A stretch of 59,376 bases of DNA from Bacteroidaceae bacterium (GCA_017532725.1 JAFXIZ010000059.1:1-59376); one strand, 5' to 3'. Counted from the first letter of the stretch, positions 1 to 9,846 are shown. Translations and numbers: made by a program. The notes: generated by a model from the letters alone, not told the origin.

Positions 1-2
1 AC

Positions 3-461
3 CGTCGATGCATCGATACACTGAAGCAACTACGTGAGCAATGCCGATACACCAAAGGTATCTATGCGTGGATGGGCTTTCGCAAGAAAGAGATTATTTG
101 CGACCAGCAAGAACGCGTTGCCGGCCAATCGAAGTGGAAATTCTTTTCGCTGCTCAATCTCGCCATTGAGGGTCTTACCTCATTCTCTGTCACTCCGTTG
201 CGTTTATCATCTATCTTGGGAGGTGTCGTATCTATCATCGCTTTTGTGTATATGATTATAATCATTACCAAGACACTGATATGGGGTGAGCCTGTGGCCG
301 GTTATCCTTCGCTGATGTGTATCATACTCTTCTTGGGAGGAATACAACTCTTGTCATTGGGTATAATAGGCGAATATTTAGGTCGCATCTTCAACGAAAC
401 CAAGAATCGCCCCACATATATAGCGCGACAGTATAAGAAACAAAATGACACAAAAGAGTAA
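3..461 (+). CDS. GT2 glycosyltransferase, GtrB/YkoT-like (5' truncated by window edge)
   Basis: Open frame from base 3 (RRCIDTLKQLRE..RYTKGIYAWMGF). C-terminal R.AGQSKW, SFSVTPLR, two TM helices and LGIIGEYLGRIFNETKNRPTYI are typical of undecaprenyl-phosphate glycosyltransferases. Confidence 0.88.
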   Translation, partial: RRCIDTLKQLREQCRYTKGIYAWMGFRKKEIICDQQERVAGQSKWKFFSLLNLAIEGLTSFSVTPLRLSSILGGVVSIIAFVYMIIIITKTLIWGEPVAGYPSLMCIILFLGGIQLLSLGIIGEYLGRIFNETKNRPTYIARQYKKQNDTKE

Positions 462-2055
462 CATATCGTTATTTGCCACTTGCTTTGTTATAGCCACCTG
501 TTTCTACCTGTTTAATAGTGTAACACCCTATTACAGTGACGATTGGTGGTACTCCTTTATACACCAAGCCGACTATAGTTACCCTACCGACAGGGTGGAG
601 AGTATAGGCGACATAGCCACTTCGCAAATCAATCATTACCGCAATGTGAATGGCCGACTGCCTGTCACATTTCTCGTTCAAGCCGTTGTTTCATTTTGCC
701 CCAAGTGGATTTTCAACATCCTCAACAGCCTTATATTTGTCATAGCATCACTACTGATGACGCGACTCACCTCAACGCGCATCACCTCGCAGCGTACCAT
801 AATATCGGCATTGTCGTTATTCCTGTTACTGCCGGGTCACTACGAAGCACTGTTGTGGGCTACAGGTGCTATCAATTACCTGTGGGTGGGAACATCGATA
901 CTGTTTGTCCTATGGCTATGGCGTGAGTTGAATAATAACCATATCGCAACATATCTACACCCTCTTATTTTCATATTAGGGCTATTGAGTGGATGGAGCA
1001 ACGAGGCTTTCTCCTTCGGGTTGGTTATGGGGTTGATTATCGAGCTGTTATGCAATAGAGCGAAAAACACGCCTGCTCATTATTGGCTTGCCATAGGGGT
1101 TGTCTTGGGCGCAGCAATGATATTTGTGGCTCCGGGCTCGTGGAACAGGTTAGACAGCATCTCTGAGCCGTCGCGCAGCATCAACGACTATCTGCCACTA
1201 TTATCGGCTCTTGTACTGCCCATCCTGCTGATTATATCGCTCATTCTGTTGGGAAACAGCGATAAAAATAAGTTGAAACTATTTATATCGCAACATCGCA
1301 TCTGCCTGATTGCGGCAACGACCTTGCTGCCAATATGCCTTGCAACCTACCAATATGCAGCACGCTCATTCTTCGGTATGTCGCTTTTCATCCTTTTACC
1401 ACTGCTCACCCTTGCCTACGAATATATGGCACCTCGCATAACAAGAACTATTGCCACGGCTTTATACCTCATTGTCGTTGTTTTCATAGGTATGCTATAT
1501 AGCGAACACTGCAAGGTTGAGAAGCATCATAAAGCGTTGATTGAAGGTTATATCAACAGCCCCGACGGAAGTGTTGCTCTTGACATCCCCCAACGAGCCG
1601 GATACGCAAGGCTATATACCCTCGACCTCGATGCCGAGTATCGACGTGGATGGACGGCACAACACTTGGCAGCGTACTATCGGGGTAAACCTCTGCAATG
1701 GATATCGACCGAACTGAACAGAATGCTTAACAACCCTCAAGAACTGTTTACAGCAGCCCATAAGGTAGAAGGCGATAACGAACTATACACCACCGACGGC
1801 ATTGAGTATTATGTTCTTGCACCCGATGCCGTTGCATACGACACATTGGTGTATAATTATACTGATGTTTCATTCAACGATTCTGTTCCCCTTCACTCGC
1901 GTTTGCTACGCTTGATTGCCCCCGAGCGATACCCCTCGAAAGAGATTCTACCGGCATACTATAGCACAATACATATCAATAATATTGACTACCTTTGTAT
2001 TGAAAAAAATCACTATCGCAATGTAAAGCGAATAGACACAAACAACTATGAATAG
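445..2055 (+). CDS. Polytopic membrane protein, DUF6056-like (putative GT-C fold glycosyltransferase)
   Basis: N-terminal PYYSDDWWY, HY..VNGR and W..GAINYLW motifs, ~10 hydrophobic segments, APGSWNR. Overlaps the GT2 gene. Confidence 0.7.
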   Translation: MTQKSNISLFATCFVIATCFYLFNSVTPYYSDDWWYSFIHQADYSYPTDRVESIGDIATSQINHYRNVNGRLPVTFLVQAVVSFCPKWIFNILNSLIFVIASLLMTRLTSTRITSQRTIISALSLFLLLPGHYEALLWATGAINYLWVGTSILFVLWLWRELNNNHIATYLHPLIFILGLLSGWSNEAFSFGLVMGLIIELLCNRAKNTPAHYWLAIGVVLGAAMIFVAPGSWNRLDSISEPSRSINDYLPLLSALVLPILLIISLILLGNSDKNKLKLFISQHRICLIAATTLLPICLATYQYAARSFFGMSLFILLPLLTLAYEYMAPRITRTIATALYLIVVVFIGMLYSEHCKVEKHHKALIEGYINSPDGSVALDIPQRAGYARLYTLDLDAEYRRGWTAQHLAAYYRGKPLQWISTELNRMLNNPQELFTAAHKVEGDNELYTTDGIEYYVLAPDAVAYDTLVYNYTDVSFNDSVPLHSRLLRLIAPERYPSKEILPAYYSTIHINNIDYLCIEKNHYRNVKRIDTNNYE

Positions 2056-3775
2056 GAAATGGGCAATAACCATCATTATGCTTGCAGTGGGCATAGTCTT
2101 TCTATGCCTCAACCTATTTGTGCCATACTACGACGATGATATATGGTATGCGTTGCGATATATCCCCAACGAAACGCTATCACCCATCACCCGATTTTCC
2201 GATATTCTTGTTTCGCAATACCATCATTATATGGGCGAGAACTCGCGCGCACTCGTTCACATTACGCTACAGAGTTTGTTGGCCATACTACCCGACTGGG
2301 GATTTGACCTACTTAATACGCTCGTATTTCTACTGCTAATATGGTGTGTAACACGCTACACACAGTACAACACAAGGAGTATCCAACCCCTTGCCTTATT
2401 ACTCGCCTTTGCCGGTATATATTGGTTACTCCCCGATATGGACTACCTCTTTTATTGGGCTGCCGGCTCGCTCAATTATATGTGGACTTCGACAGCCACT
2501 ATCCTGTTCTTGCTTTTATGGCAACGTACTATTCAAGCAGAGAAAAGGGTCGATAGATATACCTATCTGTATGTAGCAGCCATATTCTGTTGCGCCTCAC
2601 TTCACGAGGCATTTGCCCTGCCCGTAGGTGGAGCCATCCTACTCTATATGCTCGCACACTATCGCAATATAGGCTACAACACCACCACGCTATATGCCAT
2701 AGCATACGGATTGGGGTGCATTGCCATTCTTGCAGCACCGGGATTGGGCAATAAGGCTGCAAACATAGGATATGCGAGTTTCGGAGATTACTTATCGTCA
2801 TTTATTATCTCTATTCGCACACTACGCGTTGTACCCATTTGCATTGCCGTTGCTGTAATAAGTATGTGCCGACGTTCTTGGCGCAACACATTAAGCGTGT
2901 TCATCAAAGAGAATTATTTTCTTATTCTCATAACGCTTATCTCATTTGTATTTGTATTTGCAATCCGAGCCGGAGCGCACACGATGCGTATTTTCTACGC
3001 AACAGAGTTTTTTGCACTTATGCTACTGTTGCGCTATCTCAATAAGGCAATATTCACCCTGTCGGGTAAAGCCCAGCGAGCCATTACCATAACAATGGCA
3101 ATAGTGCTTGTTGGATGGGCTGTCCTTGTTCTGCCTCCCTGCTATCATACGGGCAGACAACATTATGCACTCATCGAGGCTCACCATAGTGATAGCGATG
3201 GCGTTATTTTCTTACCACAAGAAAATACACCCTCGGCAGCCACCCCTTGGGTAATGGACCTGAATCAACTCTATTATCTCTCACCCGAGGCCGAATGGCG
3301 AGCATTTGTCACCCCTCTGACGCATCTGCAAGATACGCTCAAGGTAGGGATGCCCATTATGCAACGCAATGCCGACCATAGTTACCGGCTATACAACCGA
3401 TATCTACAAATGATTCCACAGGAGTTGGAAGAGGCAATAGAAACGCCCCACGAATTTTTCACACCTCAAAACAAGATAGCCGGCAACAACCCCTTCTATG
3501 GCATTGCCGGAGGCGATTACATCATAGCACACATCGACAGCACATCGACCAATGATAAGTGGTATTGGCACTACTATCCGGCATCGTGGAGGGAGCCTTC
3601 GGCTTCGATAGTAGGTTTTATGCGCCGTGTCGTAGCCCCCAATACATTCCCGCTATCCGAGCCAATGCTGTACCCCGACACAGTGACATTGACCTCACAA
3701 ACGCGTTACATCATATACGCGCGACCTCAATATAGGAGTGTCAAGGGAATTGAGAGAGGAAACGAGTTGCCATAA
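2048..3775 (+). CDS. Second DUF6056-like polytopic membrane protein (paralog of 445..2055)
   Basis: PYYDDDIWY, SQYHHY..ENSR, WAAGSLNYMW, HEAF and APG motifs align with the upstream paralog; 8-bp overlap. Confidence 0.7.
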   Translation: MNRKWAITIIMLAVGIVFLCLNLFVPYYDDDIWYALRYIPNETLSPITRFSDILVSQYHHYMGENSRALVHITLQSLLAILPDWGFDLLNTLVFLLLIWCVTRYTQYNTRSIQPLALLLAFAGIYWLLPDMDYLFYWAAGSLNYMWTSTATILFLLLWQRTIQAEKRVDRYTYLYVAAIFCCASLHEAFALPVGGAILLYMLAHYRNIGYNTTTLYAIAYGLGCIAILAAPGLGNKAANIGYASFGDYLSSFIISIRTLRVVPICIAVAVISMCRRSWRNTLSVFIKENYFLILITLISFVFVFAIRAGAHTMRIFYATEFFALMLLLRYLNKAIFTLSGKAQRAITITMAIVLVGWAVLVLPPCYHTGRQHYALIEAHHSDSDGVIFLPQENTPSAATPWVMDLNQLYYLSPEAEWRAFVTPLTHLQDTLKVGMPIMQRNADHSYRLYNRYLQMIPQELEEAIETPHEFFTPQNKIAGNNPFYGIAGGDYIIAHIDSTSTNDKWYWHYYPASWREPSASIVGFMRRVVAPNTFPLSEPMLYPDTVTLTSQTRYIIYARPQYRSVKGIERGNELP

Positions 3776-3780
3776 AAGCA

Positions 3781-4467
3781 TTACAGTTTCCCGTTGTCGG
3801 CAAAACTGTAATAGTTGTTTTCGCATACAATAATGTGATCGACCACCGATATGCTCATCAACTGCGCAGCCTCCTTGACACGATGAGTCGATTGCTCATC
3901 TTCGCGACTCGGCTTGCACGCTCCCGACGGATGATTGTGACACAGTACAATAGCCGATGCCAACGATTGTATGGCAGCCTTGAGTATTATTTTCACATCG
4001 ACGGTAGTTGCCGCAGTACCACCCTTGCTCACCATTACCGTATCTATCACACGTCCGGCACGATTGAGCAATATAGCCCAGAACTCCTCGTGAGGCAAAT
4101 CGACAAGTCGTTGTCGCATATAGTCATATACCTTTTGACTCGTATTCAGTACCGGTCTTTCGGGCAATTCATCCTCACGACGCCTACGCCCCAACTCCAT
4201 AGCAGCCATAATGGTAATAGCCTTCGCCTCGCCAATGCCTTTGTAAGACATCAACTCCTTCAGGTCGTACTTGCCTAATCGGTTAAAATTGTTATCGGCA
4301 TCGTTGAGTATTCGTTGCGACAACTCTATGGCTGTTTCCTCCACATTGCCCGACCCTATAAGGATAGCCAACAACTCGGCATTACTCAAGGCACGCGCAC
4401 CGTGCATCATCATTTTTTCGCGAGGACGGTCATCGACCGACAGTTGTGTTATGGTAAGTTTGGTCAT
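3781..4467 (-). CDS. radC: RadC family JAB-domain protein
   Basis: DRPREK, LSNAELLAILIGSG, GIGEAKA, HEEFW, HNHPSG...S..D and DHII motifs. Confidence 0.95.
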   Translation of the reverse strand: MTKLTITQLSVDDRPREKMMMHGARALSNAELLAILIGSGNVEETAIELSQRILNDADNNFNRLGKYDLKELMSYKGIGEAKAITIMAAMELGRRRREDELPERPVLNTSQKVYDYMRQRLVDLPHEEFWAILLNRAGRVIDTVMVSKGGTAATTVDVKIILKAAIQSLASAIVLCHNHPSGACKPSREDEQSTHRVKEAAQLMSISVVDHIIVCENNYYSFADNGKL

Positions 4468-5459
4468 TACTTATAGAAACTGTTTTTAAAGGCTTCAAAT
4501 TCATCTTTTCGCAACACACAACGTTTCCACCACGCACGCAAGAAGCCCGTTCCATAGCCTATCAACTGCACAAATGCCGCCACAACCGATATAGCACCTA
4601 TCTTGATACTCTTGTTTTGTACCGAAGAATCGACAAATATCAACAGTATAAAGAGGCCTAACAGCGACGACAACCAAGGAATAAAAGGAGTACCCAACAG
4701 CAACAATACTACGCCTACAGTGAAAACGGCCGGCAACATATGCACAACCTTGAGCGATGCAGGATACTTCTTGTATAGGTTAATGCGCGCTATACCCGAG
4801 TTGTGAACTTGCTTGAAGAACTTACGCAAGTCGGTACGACGCTTGTGCCACACCCACGCTTCGGGAAACAAACGACACTTATAGCCTCCGGCAAATATGC
4901 GGATACTGAAGTCTATATCCTCACCAAATCGCATCTTGGAGAAACCACCCAACGCCTTATAGACATCGGCACGGATACCCATATTGAAACTACGGGGATA
5001 GAACTTGTCGAGTTTCTTCTTTCCACCTCTTATGCCACCTGTTGTAAAGAAAGAAGTCATAGCATAGTTAATAGCCTTCTGCATATCGGTAAAAGAGTCG
5101 TGCGCACGGTCGGGACCACCGAAGGCATCGGCTGGCTCGGCCGCAAGTTCGGCCTTTACGGCATCAATATACCCTTCGGGGATGATGCAATCGCTATCAA
5201 GCACAATAAGATACTCACCCTGCGCACGTTCAGCACCATAATTGCGCGACTGTCCGGGTCCCGAATTGGGCTTGCTGTAGTAATGAATATCCAAGCGATC
5301 GGTATATGCACGCACAATATCCTCGCAAGGTTGCTGCGAGCCATCTTCAACAATAATCACTTCAAAGTCCTTACAGCGTTGGTGCGTAAGACTTTCGAGC
5401 AATTCTCCCACCTCATCGGGGCGATTATATACAGGAACAATAAGTGAAAAGTAAGCCAT
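4467..5459 (-). CDS. GT2 family glycosyltransferase
   Basis: FSLIVPVYNRPDE, EDGS, GPGQSRNYG, LDSD and GEDIDFS motifs; C-terminal TM helices. ATG at 5459 chosen because a TAnnTTTG element lies just upstream of it. Confidence 0.9.
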   Translation of the reverse strand: MAYFSLIVPVYNRPDEVGELLESLTHQRCKDFEVIIVEDGSQQPCEDIVRAYTDRLDIHYYSKPNSGPGQSRNYGAERAQGEYLIVLDSDCIIPEGYIDAVKAELAAEPADAFGGPDRAHDSFTDMQKAINYAMTSFFTTGGIRGGKKKLDKFYPRSFNMGIRADVYKALGGFSKMRFGEDIDFSIRIFAGGYKCRLFPEAWVWHKRRTDLRKFFKQVHNSGIARINLYKKYPASLKVVHMLPAVFTVGVVLLLLGTPFIPWLSSLLGLFILLIFVDSSVQNKSIKIGAISVVAAFVQLIGYGTGFLRAWWKRCVLRKDEFEAFKNSFYK

Positions 5460-5487
5460 ACTATCCTTTTTTATTAACTGTCGAGTA

Positions 5488-5495
5488 CAAAGATA
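5488..5495 (-). promoter_or_regulatory. Bacteroidetes -7 promoter element (TATCTTTG) for GT2-radC
   Basis: Matches the TAnnTTTG consensus ~30 bp upstream of the ATG. Confidence 0.6.
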
Positions 5496-5530
5496 ATATT
5501 TTTTTCGCAACCTCAACAACAACATAAAAT

Positions 5531-5559
5531 TAGGGACTTCACCAATGGCAAAGTCCCTA
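5531..5559 (-). terminator. Putative intrinsic terminator after ompH
   Basis: TAGGGACTT...AAGTCCCTA inverted repeat followed by ATTTT on the minus strand. Confidence 0.55.
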
Positions 5560-5584
5560 TATTAGATTCATTGTAAAATTCTGA

Positions 5585-6202
5585 TTATTTGGCTTCGGCA
5601 GGAGCCTCAGCCTCTTCCTTTTCAGCAGGAGTATTCTTGTTCAAGCCATCGGCAATCTCTTGAGTGATGTCGTAAGCATCGCTGATAAAGATTGTAGCAG
5701 CCTTTTGCAAGATTACCTCATAACCGGCAGTCTTGTTGTACTCCTCGATGTAGGCACGAATTTTGTCAGAAATCTCTTGCAACATTTGTTGTTGAGCCTG
5801 CAAGTTATCGGCATCGATACGAGCAGCATCGGCTTGCAACTTCTCTTGCTCCTTGAGAAGAGCCTCATATTGTTGTTGCATACTGCTTTCCGATAGGAAT
5901 GCATTGTTCTGAGCCTTACGTTGGAATTCGCCTTGACGTTTAGCCAAACTTGCAGCACGAGCATTTAAATTGGCACGATCGTTCTCGATTTTCTCAACCA
6001 ATTTTTGCTCCAATTCCTTGGCATAGTCGTACATACCAATAAGCGAATCGGTGTCAACATAAGCAATAGGTAATTTTTTTCCTTCGCAATCGGCAGTAAC
6101 AGTATCAGCAGCCACTGCATTCTCGGTTTTGCCACACGATGTTAAAAAAAGATTTCCTGCTACGAGAGCAATTACGCACAAAGCGTTCAAAAGGTTTTTC
6201 AT
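5585..6202 (-). CDS. OmpH/Skp family outer-membrane chaperone
   Basis: IAYVDTDSL, long coiled coil, YNKTAGYEVIL and YDITQEIADGLN motifs; lipobox-like LTSC. Confidence 0.85.
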   Translation of the reverse strand: MKNLLNALCVIALVAGNLFLTSCGKTENAVAADTVTADCEGKKLPIAYVDTDSLIGMYDYAKELEQKLVEKIENDRANLNARAASLAKRQGEFQRKAQNNAFLSESSMQQQYEALLKEQEKLQADAARIDADNLQAQQQMLQEISDKIRAYIEEYNKTAGYEVILQKAATIFISDAYDITQEIADGLNKNTPAEKEEAEAPAEAK

Positions 6203-6215
6203 AATTCTATATATT

Positions 6216-6437
6216 CTATTTAATTTGATTCTGCTTCATATAATCGTCGAGTGTTTTCCGAGCCCTATCACGAGCATCGGTTGACACTGCGCAAGATATA
6301 CCCTTCTTCTGCATATTTTTATTACTACTGATGTGCATACTTGGGAACTTACCACCTTTTACAAAAAAGACTCTTATACCCAACAAAAGCACTGCGATAG
6401 CAATTATTATAACAGATACGAGTATTGTTTTCAACAT
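6216..6437 (-). CDS. Small single-TM hypothetical protein
   Basis: N-terminal TM helix, then KGGKFP..HI...K.M.KKGI.C; co-oriented 13 bp upstream of ompH. Confidence 0.75.
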   Translation of the reverse strand: MLKTILVSVIIIAIAVLLLGIRVFFVKGGKFPSMHISSNKNMQKKGISCAVSTDARDRARKTLDDYMKQNQIK

Positions 6438-6446
6438 TTGTACTAC

Positions 6447-6599
6447 TTTTTATAATATAAGATGCGGTTCGGAATAAAAAATAAGTAAGCATATTTTGTT
6501 CTTCACTCACCTTTCATTATATTTTTATAATATAAGATACGGTTCGGAATAAAAAATAAGCAAGCTTATTTTGTTCTTCACTCACCTTTCATTATATTT
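6447..6599. repeat. 75-bp tandem duplication with internal hairpin
   Basis: TTTTTATAATATAAGAT(G/A)CGGTTCGGAATAAAAAATAAG..AAGC.TATTTTGTTCTTCACTCACCTTTCATTATATTT starts at 6447 and 6522, with 3 mismatches. Confidence 0.95.
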
Positions 6600-6613
6600 G
6601 TGGTGCAAATATA
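6593..6613. promoter_or_regulatory. Pair of opposed -7 elements (TATATTTG on + at 6593-6600 and on - at 6606-6613)
   Basis: Two TAnnTTTG matches on opposite strands between the divergent pepD and hypothetical-ompH genes. Confidence 0.6.
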
Positions 6614-6750
6614 GGAAAGAGTCGCTTTCCAACCACCATTTTAGGTGGTATATTTTGTTGATTGTGTTTGAAAAACCTTAAAAATTAACATAAATTTTTC
6701 CACGATTACAAATATTGGCTTTCGTGGAGCAAAAAATTAAGAATTCTACT

Positions 6751-8214
6751 ATGAAAGTAAAAGACCTAAAACCCGCGTTGGTATGGGAAATTTTCGATGC
6801 CATTACGCAAGTGCCGCGTCCTTCTAAAAAAGAGGAGAAAATTCGCGCTTATCTTTTAGACTTCGCACACAAGCACAACCTTCAAGTTGCCACCGACGAA
6901 ATTGGCAACGTGGTAATGACAGTTCCTGCAACACCGGGTTGCGAAGATGCACCTACTGTAATCTTGCAAGCCCATATGGATATGGTATGCGAAAAGAACA
7001 GTGATGTAGAACTTGACTTTGAAAACGATCCTATCCAAACTTATATCGACGGAGAATGGGTACGTGCTCGTGGAACAACACTCGGTGCCGACAATGGTAT
7101 AGGTATGGCTGCCGCAATGGCCGTACTTATCAACCCTGAGGCTAAACACGGTCGCTTGCAAGCCCTCTTTACTGTTGATGAAGAAACCGGCCTTACAGGT
7201 GCTAATAACCTCGACGGCTCACTTATCGACGGCGATATCTTGCTCAACCTCGACTCGGAAGACGATGCCCAAATCTTTATCGGTTGCGCCGGTGGTATCG
7301 ACACCACTTCTACATTTACTTACAGCGAGCAAGCCGCTCCCCAAGACTACTACTACGCTACATTGCGCATAAAGGGTCTTAACGGTGGTCACTCGGGTGG
7401 CGACATCCACTTGGGTCGTGGCAACGCCAACAAGATTCTCGCTCGTTTCTTGTGGAATGCAATGAAGAAATACGATGTGAAATTGGCTACTATCGACGGT
7501 GGTAACTTGCGCAATGCTATTCCTCGCGAGGCTATGGCTGTTGTGGGTGTGCCTATGAAAGACAAAGAGTCGTTGCGCGTCGATTTCAACTGCCACATCG
7601 CTACTGTCGAAGACGAACTTAAAGGTGTTGATGCCCTCACAGGCTCGGGTATGGAAACTGCCGACACTCCTGCTACTTGCATCGACGACAAGACTGCTCA
7701 CAACCTCGTATCGGTACTCTACGCTGCACCTCACGGCGTGATAGCAATGAGTCGCGAATTGCCCGGTTTGGTACAAACATCGACCAACCTTGCTTCGGTG
7801 AAGATGCGCGAAGGCAACACTATCGTAGTGGCTACCAGCCAACGCAGTTCGGTAGAGAGCGAGAAACACGACATTGCCAACCAAATCGAAGATCTCTTCG
7901 CATTGGCCGGTGCAGTGCCTATGCACGGTGAAGGTTATCCCGGATGGAAACCCAATATGCATTCGGCTATTAAAGACATCGCCGTTGAGGCTTACGAGGA
8001 GTTGTTCAACGTAACACCCCAAATCCTTGCCATCCACGCAGGTCTTGAGTGTGGCTTGTTCCTCAGCAAATATCCTCACTTGGATATGATTTCGTTTGGC
8101 CCTACATTGCGCGACGTTCACTCTCCCGACGAGCGTATGCACATCCCCGCTGTTGAGAAGTTCTGGTTGCACCTCCTTCGCATCCTCGAGAAGGTTGCCG
8201 AGATGAAGAAATAA
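6751..8214 (+). CDS. pepD: Aminoacyl-histidine dipeptidase (M20C)
   Basis: VPRPSKKEE, LQAHMDMVCEK, TTLGADNGIG, DEETGL, NLDSED, GGHSG, IHAGLECG and HSPDE motifs; ATG at 6751. Confidence 0.95.
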   Translation: MKVKDLKPALVWEIFDAITQVPRPSKKEEKIRAYLLDFAHKHNLQVATDEIGNVVMTVPATPGCEDAPTVILQAHMDMVCEKNSDVELDFENDPIQTYIDGEWVRARGTTLGADNGIGMAAAMAVLINPEAKHGRLQALFTVDEETGLTGANNLDGSLIDGDILLNLDSEDDAQIFIGCAGGIDTTSTFTYSEQAAPQDYYYATLRIKGLNGGHSGGDIHLGRGNANKILARFLWNAMKKYDVKLATIDGGNLRNAIPREAMAVVGVPMKDKESLRVDFNCHIATVEDELKGVDALTGSGMETADTPATCIDDKTAHNLVSVLYAAPHGVIAMSRELPGLVQTSTNLASVKMREGNTIVVATSQRSSVESEKHDIANQIEDLFALAGAVPMHGEGYPGWKPNMHSAIKDIAVEAYEELFNVTPQILAIHAGLECGLFLSKYPHLDMISFGPTLRDVHSPDERMHIPAVEKFWLHLLRILEKVAEMKK

Positions 8215-8236
8215 GCAACAACTTATCCCCATAAAT

Positions 8237-8278
8237 AAAGGAGTTGTGTCAAAATGAAAATTTTGGCGCAACTCCTTT
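8237..8278. repeat. Imperfect inverted repeat (terminator or IS-end-like miniature element)
   Basis: AAAGGAGTTGTGTCAAAA...TTTTGGCGCAACTCCTTT. Confidence 0.75.
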
Positions 8279-8340
8279 GGTTTACGACCAAGCCACTGCA
8301 AGTAACCCCTTGATAAGAGGGAGCAACTCTTGGGCAAAAC

Positions 8341-8366
8341 AAAAGGCGAGCCAATGCTCGCCTTTT
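8341..8366. terminator. Bidirectional intrinsic terminator between convergent pepD and nuoN
   Basis: AAAAGGCGAGC-CAAT-GCTCGCCTTTT with A and T tails. Confidence 0.85.
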
Positions 8367-8386
8367 GCACATCTATGTAATATCTA

Positions 8387-9835
8387 TCAGATACCTACTG
8401 TAAGGCTCAATCCCGACAAGTAGCCATATACGCAACTTGCGATACCGAGAATCAAGATACCTGCCACGCAGATAACAAGTCCTGTGCGACCGTAGCAACC
8501 GGTCTTAACGGTTTCGATAGGATTATCGTTGGGATTGATAAACATTGCTTTTACCACCAACAGATAGTAGAACAACGAGATAATAGTATTGAGCAATGCA
8601 ATGAGTACAAGGATATAGTATCCACTGTTTACTGCCGATGCAAAGATAAAGAATTTGCTGAAGAAGCCGGCAAAGGGAGGAATACCTGCCAACGAGAACA
8701 TAGCGAGCATCATAGCAAGGCTCAACTTGGGGTTGGTTTGGTACAATCCGTTATAGTCGTCCATATTTACCTTACCTGTCTTATTCTCAATGGTAGCAAT
8801 CACACCGAAAGCAGCCAAGTTCGAGAAGATATATACAAGGATATAGTAAACAAGGGCAGTCATACCTTGTGCGCTGTTAGCCATAACACCGAGCATAATA
8901 TATCCGGCTTGTGAGATAGATGAGAAAGCGAGGAAACGTTTCAGATCTTTCTGACGGATGGCAAACAAGTTACCCAATGTAATGGTGAGGATGATAAGCA
9001 CATAGAGTATTCCTTGCCACACCTCGGGCGAGGGGCTGAATGTCTTAAACAACACCCACAAGAAAGCAAAGGCTGCAGCACCCTTCGATATTACCGAGAG
9101 GTAGGCTGTAACGGCTGTAGGGCCTCCTTGGTACACGTCGGCAGTCCACAAGTGGAAAGGAACGAGTGACAGTTTGAAGCCGATGCCCGAAATGATGAAA
9201 GCCAAGGCAACGATAAACAATGCAGTGTTGGCTGTTGCAGCAAGGGCTATATCCTCAAAGTAGAGCGAGCCCGACATTGCATACATAAATGAAATACCCA
9301 TCAGGAATATAGCCGATGAGAATACGGCATTGAAGAGGTATTTGGCACCCGACTCATACGAGTCGCCACCTTGTTTATTGAAGGCTACCAATGCAGCAAT
9401 GGGCAATGAAGCAGTTTCGAGTCCGATGAAGAAGATGAGGAAGTGACCCGATGAAATCATCAAGTACATACCGAAGAGTGTGAAGAACATCAACTCATAG
9501 AACTCACCACGACGCACCTTGCAAGCCTCGCTGTTGACCCACGAATGGGCTTGCAACAATACAAGTATAGTACCTATATTAAGCACCATTTTCATAGCAG
9601 TTGTCATAGGGGTGTTGATAAACATACCTCCAAAGAGAGTATGTGTTTCGCTACCGGGAATGCAACTTACGGCAGTTACTGCAGCAAGCAGTACGCAGGC
9701 TATGCCCGAGAACCACTTATCGAGGAAACGGGGCGATGCAAAAAGGTCGATAAAGAAAAGGAGTACTGTGGCTACCAACAGCAGCAACTCGGATTGCATA
9801 TACTCCCATATCAATGAATATTGTGAAAAATCCAT
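8387..9835 (-). CDS. nuoN: NADH-quinone oxidoreductase subunit N
   Basis: GLETASLP, FKLSLVPFHLWTADVYQG, KRFLAFSSISQAGY and FSLAGIPPFAGFFSKF motifs. Confidence 0.96.
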   Translation of the reverse strand: MDFSQYSLIWEYMQSELLLLVATVLLFFIDLFASPRFLDKWFSGIACVLLAAVTAVSCIPGSETHTLFGGMFINTPMTTAMKMVLNIGTILVLLQAHSWVNSEACKVRRGEFYELMFFTLFGMYLMISSGHFLIFFIGLETASLPIAALVAFNKQGGDSYESGAKYLFNAVFSSAIFLMGISFMYAMSGSLYFEDIALAATANTALFIVALAFIISGIGFKLSLVPFHLWTADVYQGGPTAVTAYLSVISKGAAAFAFLWVLFKTFSPSPEVWQGILYVLIILTITLGNLFAIRQKDLKRFLAFSSISQAGYIMLGVMANSAQGMTALVYYILVYIFSNLAAFGVIATIENKTGKVNMDDYNGLYQTNPKLSLAMMLAMFSLAGIPPFAGFFSKFFIFASAVNSGYYILVLIALLNTIISLFYYLLVVKAMFINPNDNPIETVKTGCYGRTGLVICVAGILILGIASCVYGYLSGLSLTVGI

Positions 9836-9846
9836 ATCTGCGATGT

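Noticed and set aside
3781-4467. radC as a mobile-element marker
   Set aside because: It is the full-length chromosomal form with the N-terminal helix-hairpin-helix region, coupled to a housekeeping GT2 gene, with no mobile genes nearby.
6447-6599. Possible CRISPR array
   Set aside because: Only two abutting 75-bp copies, no unique spacers and no cas genes.
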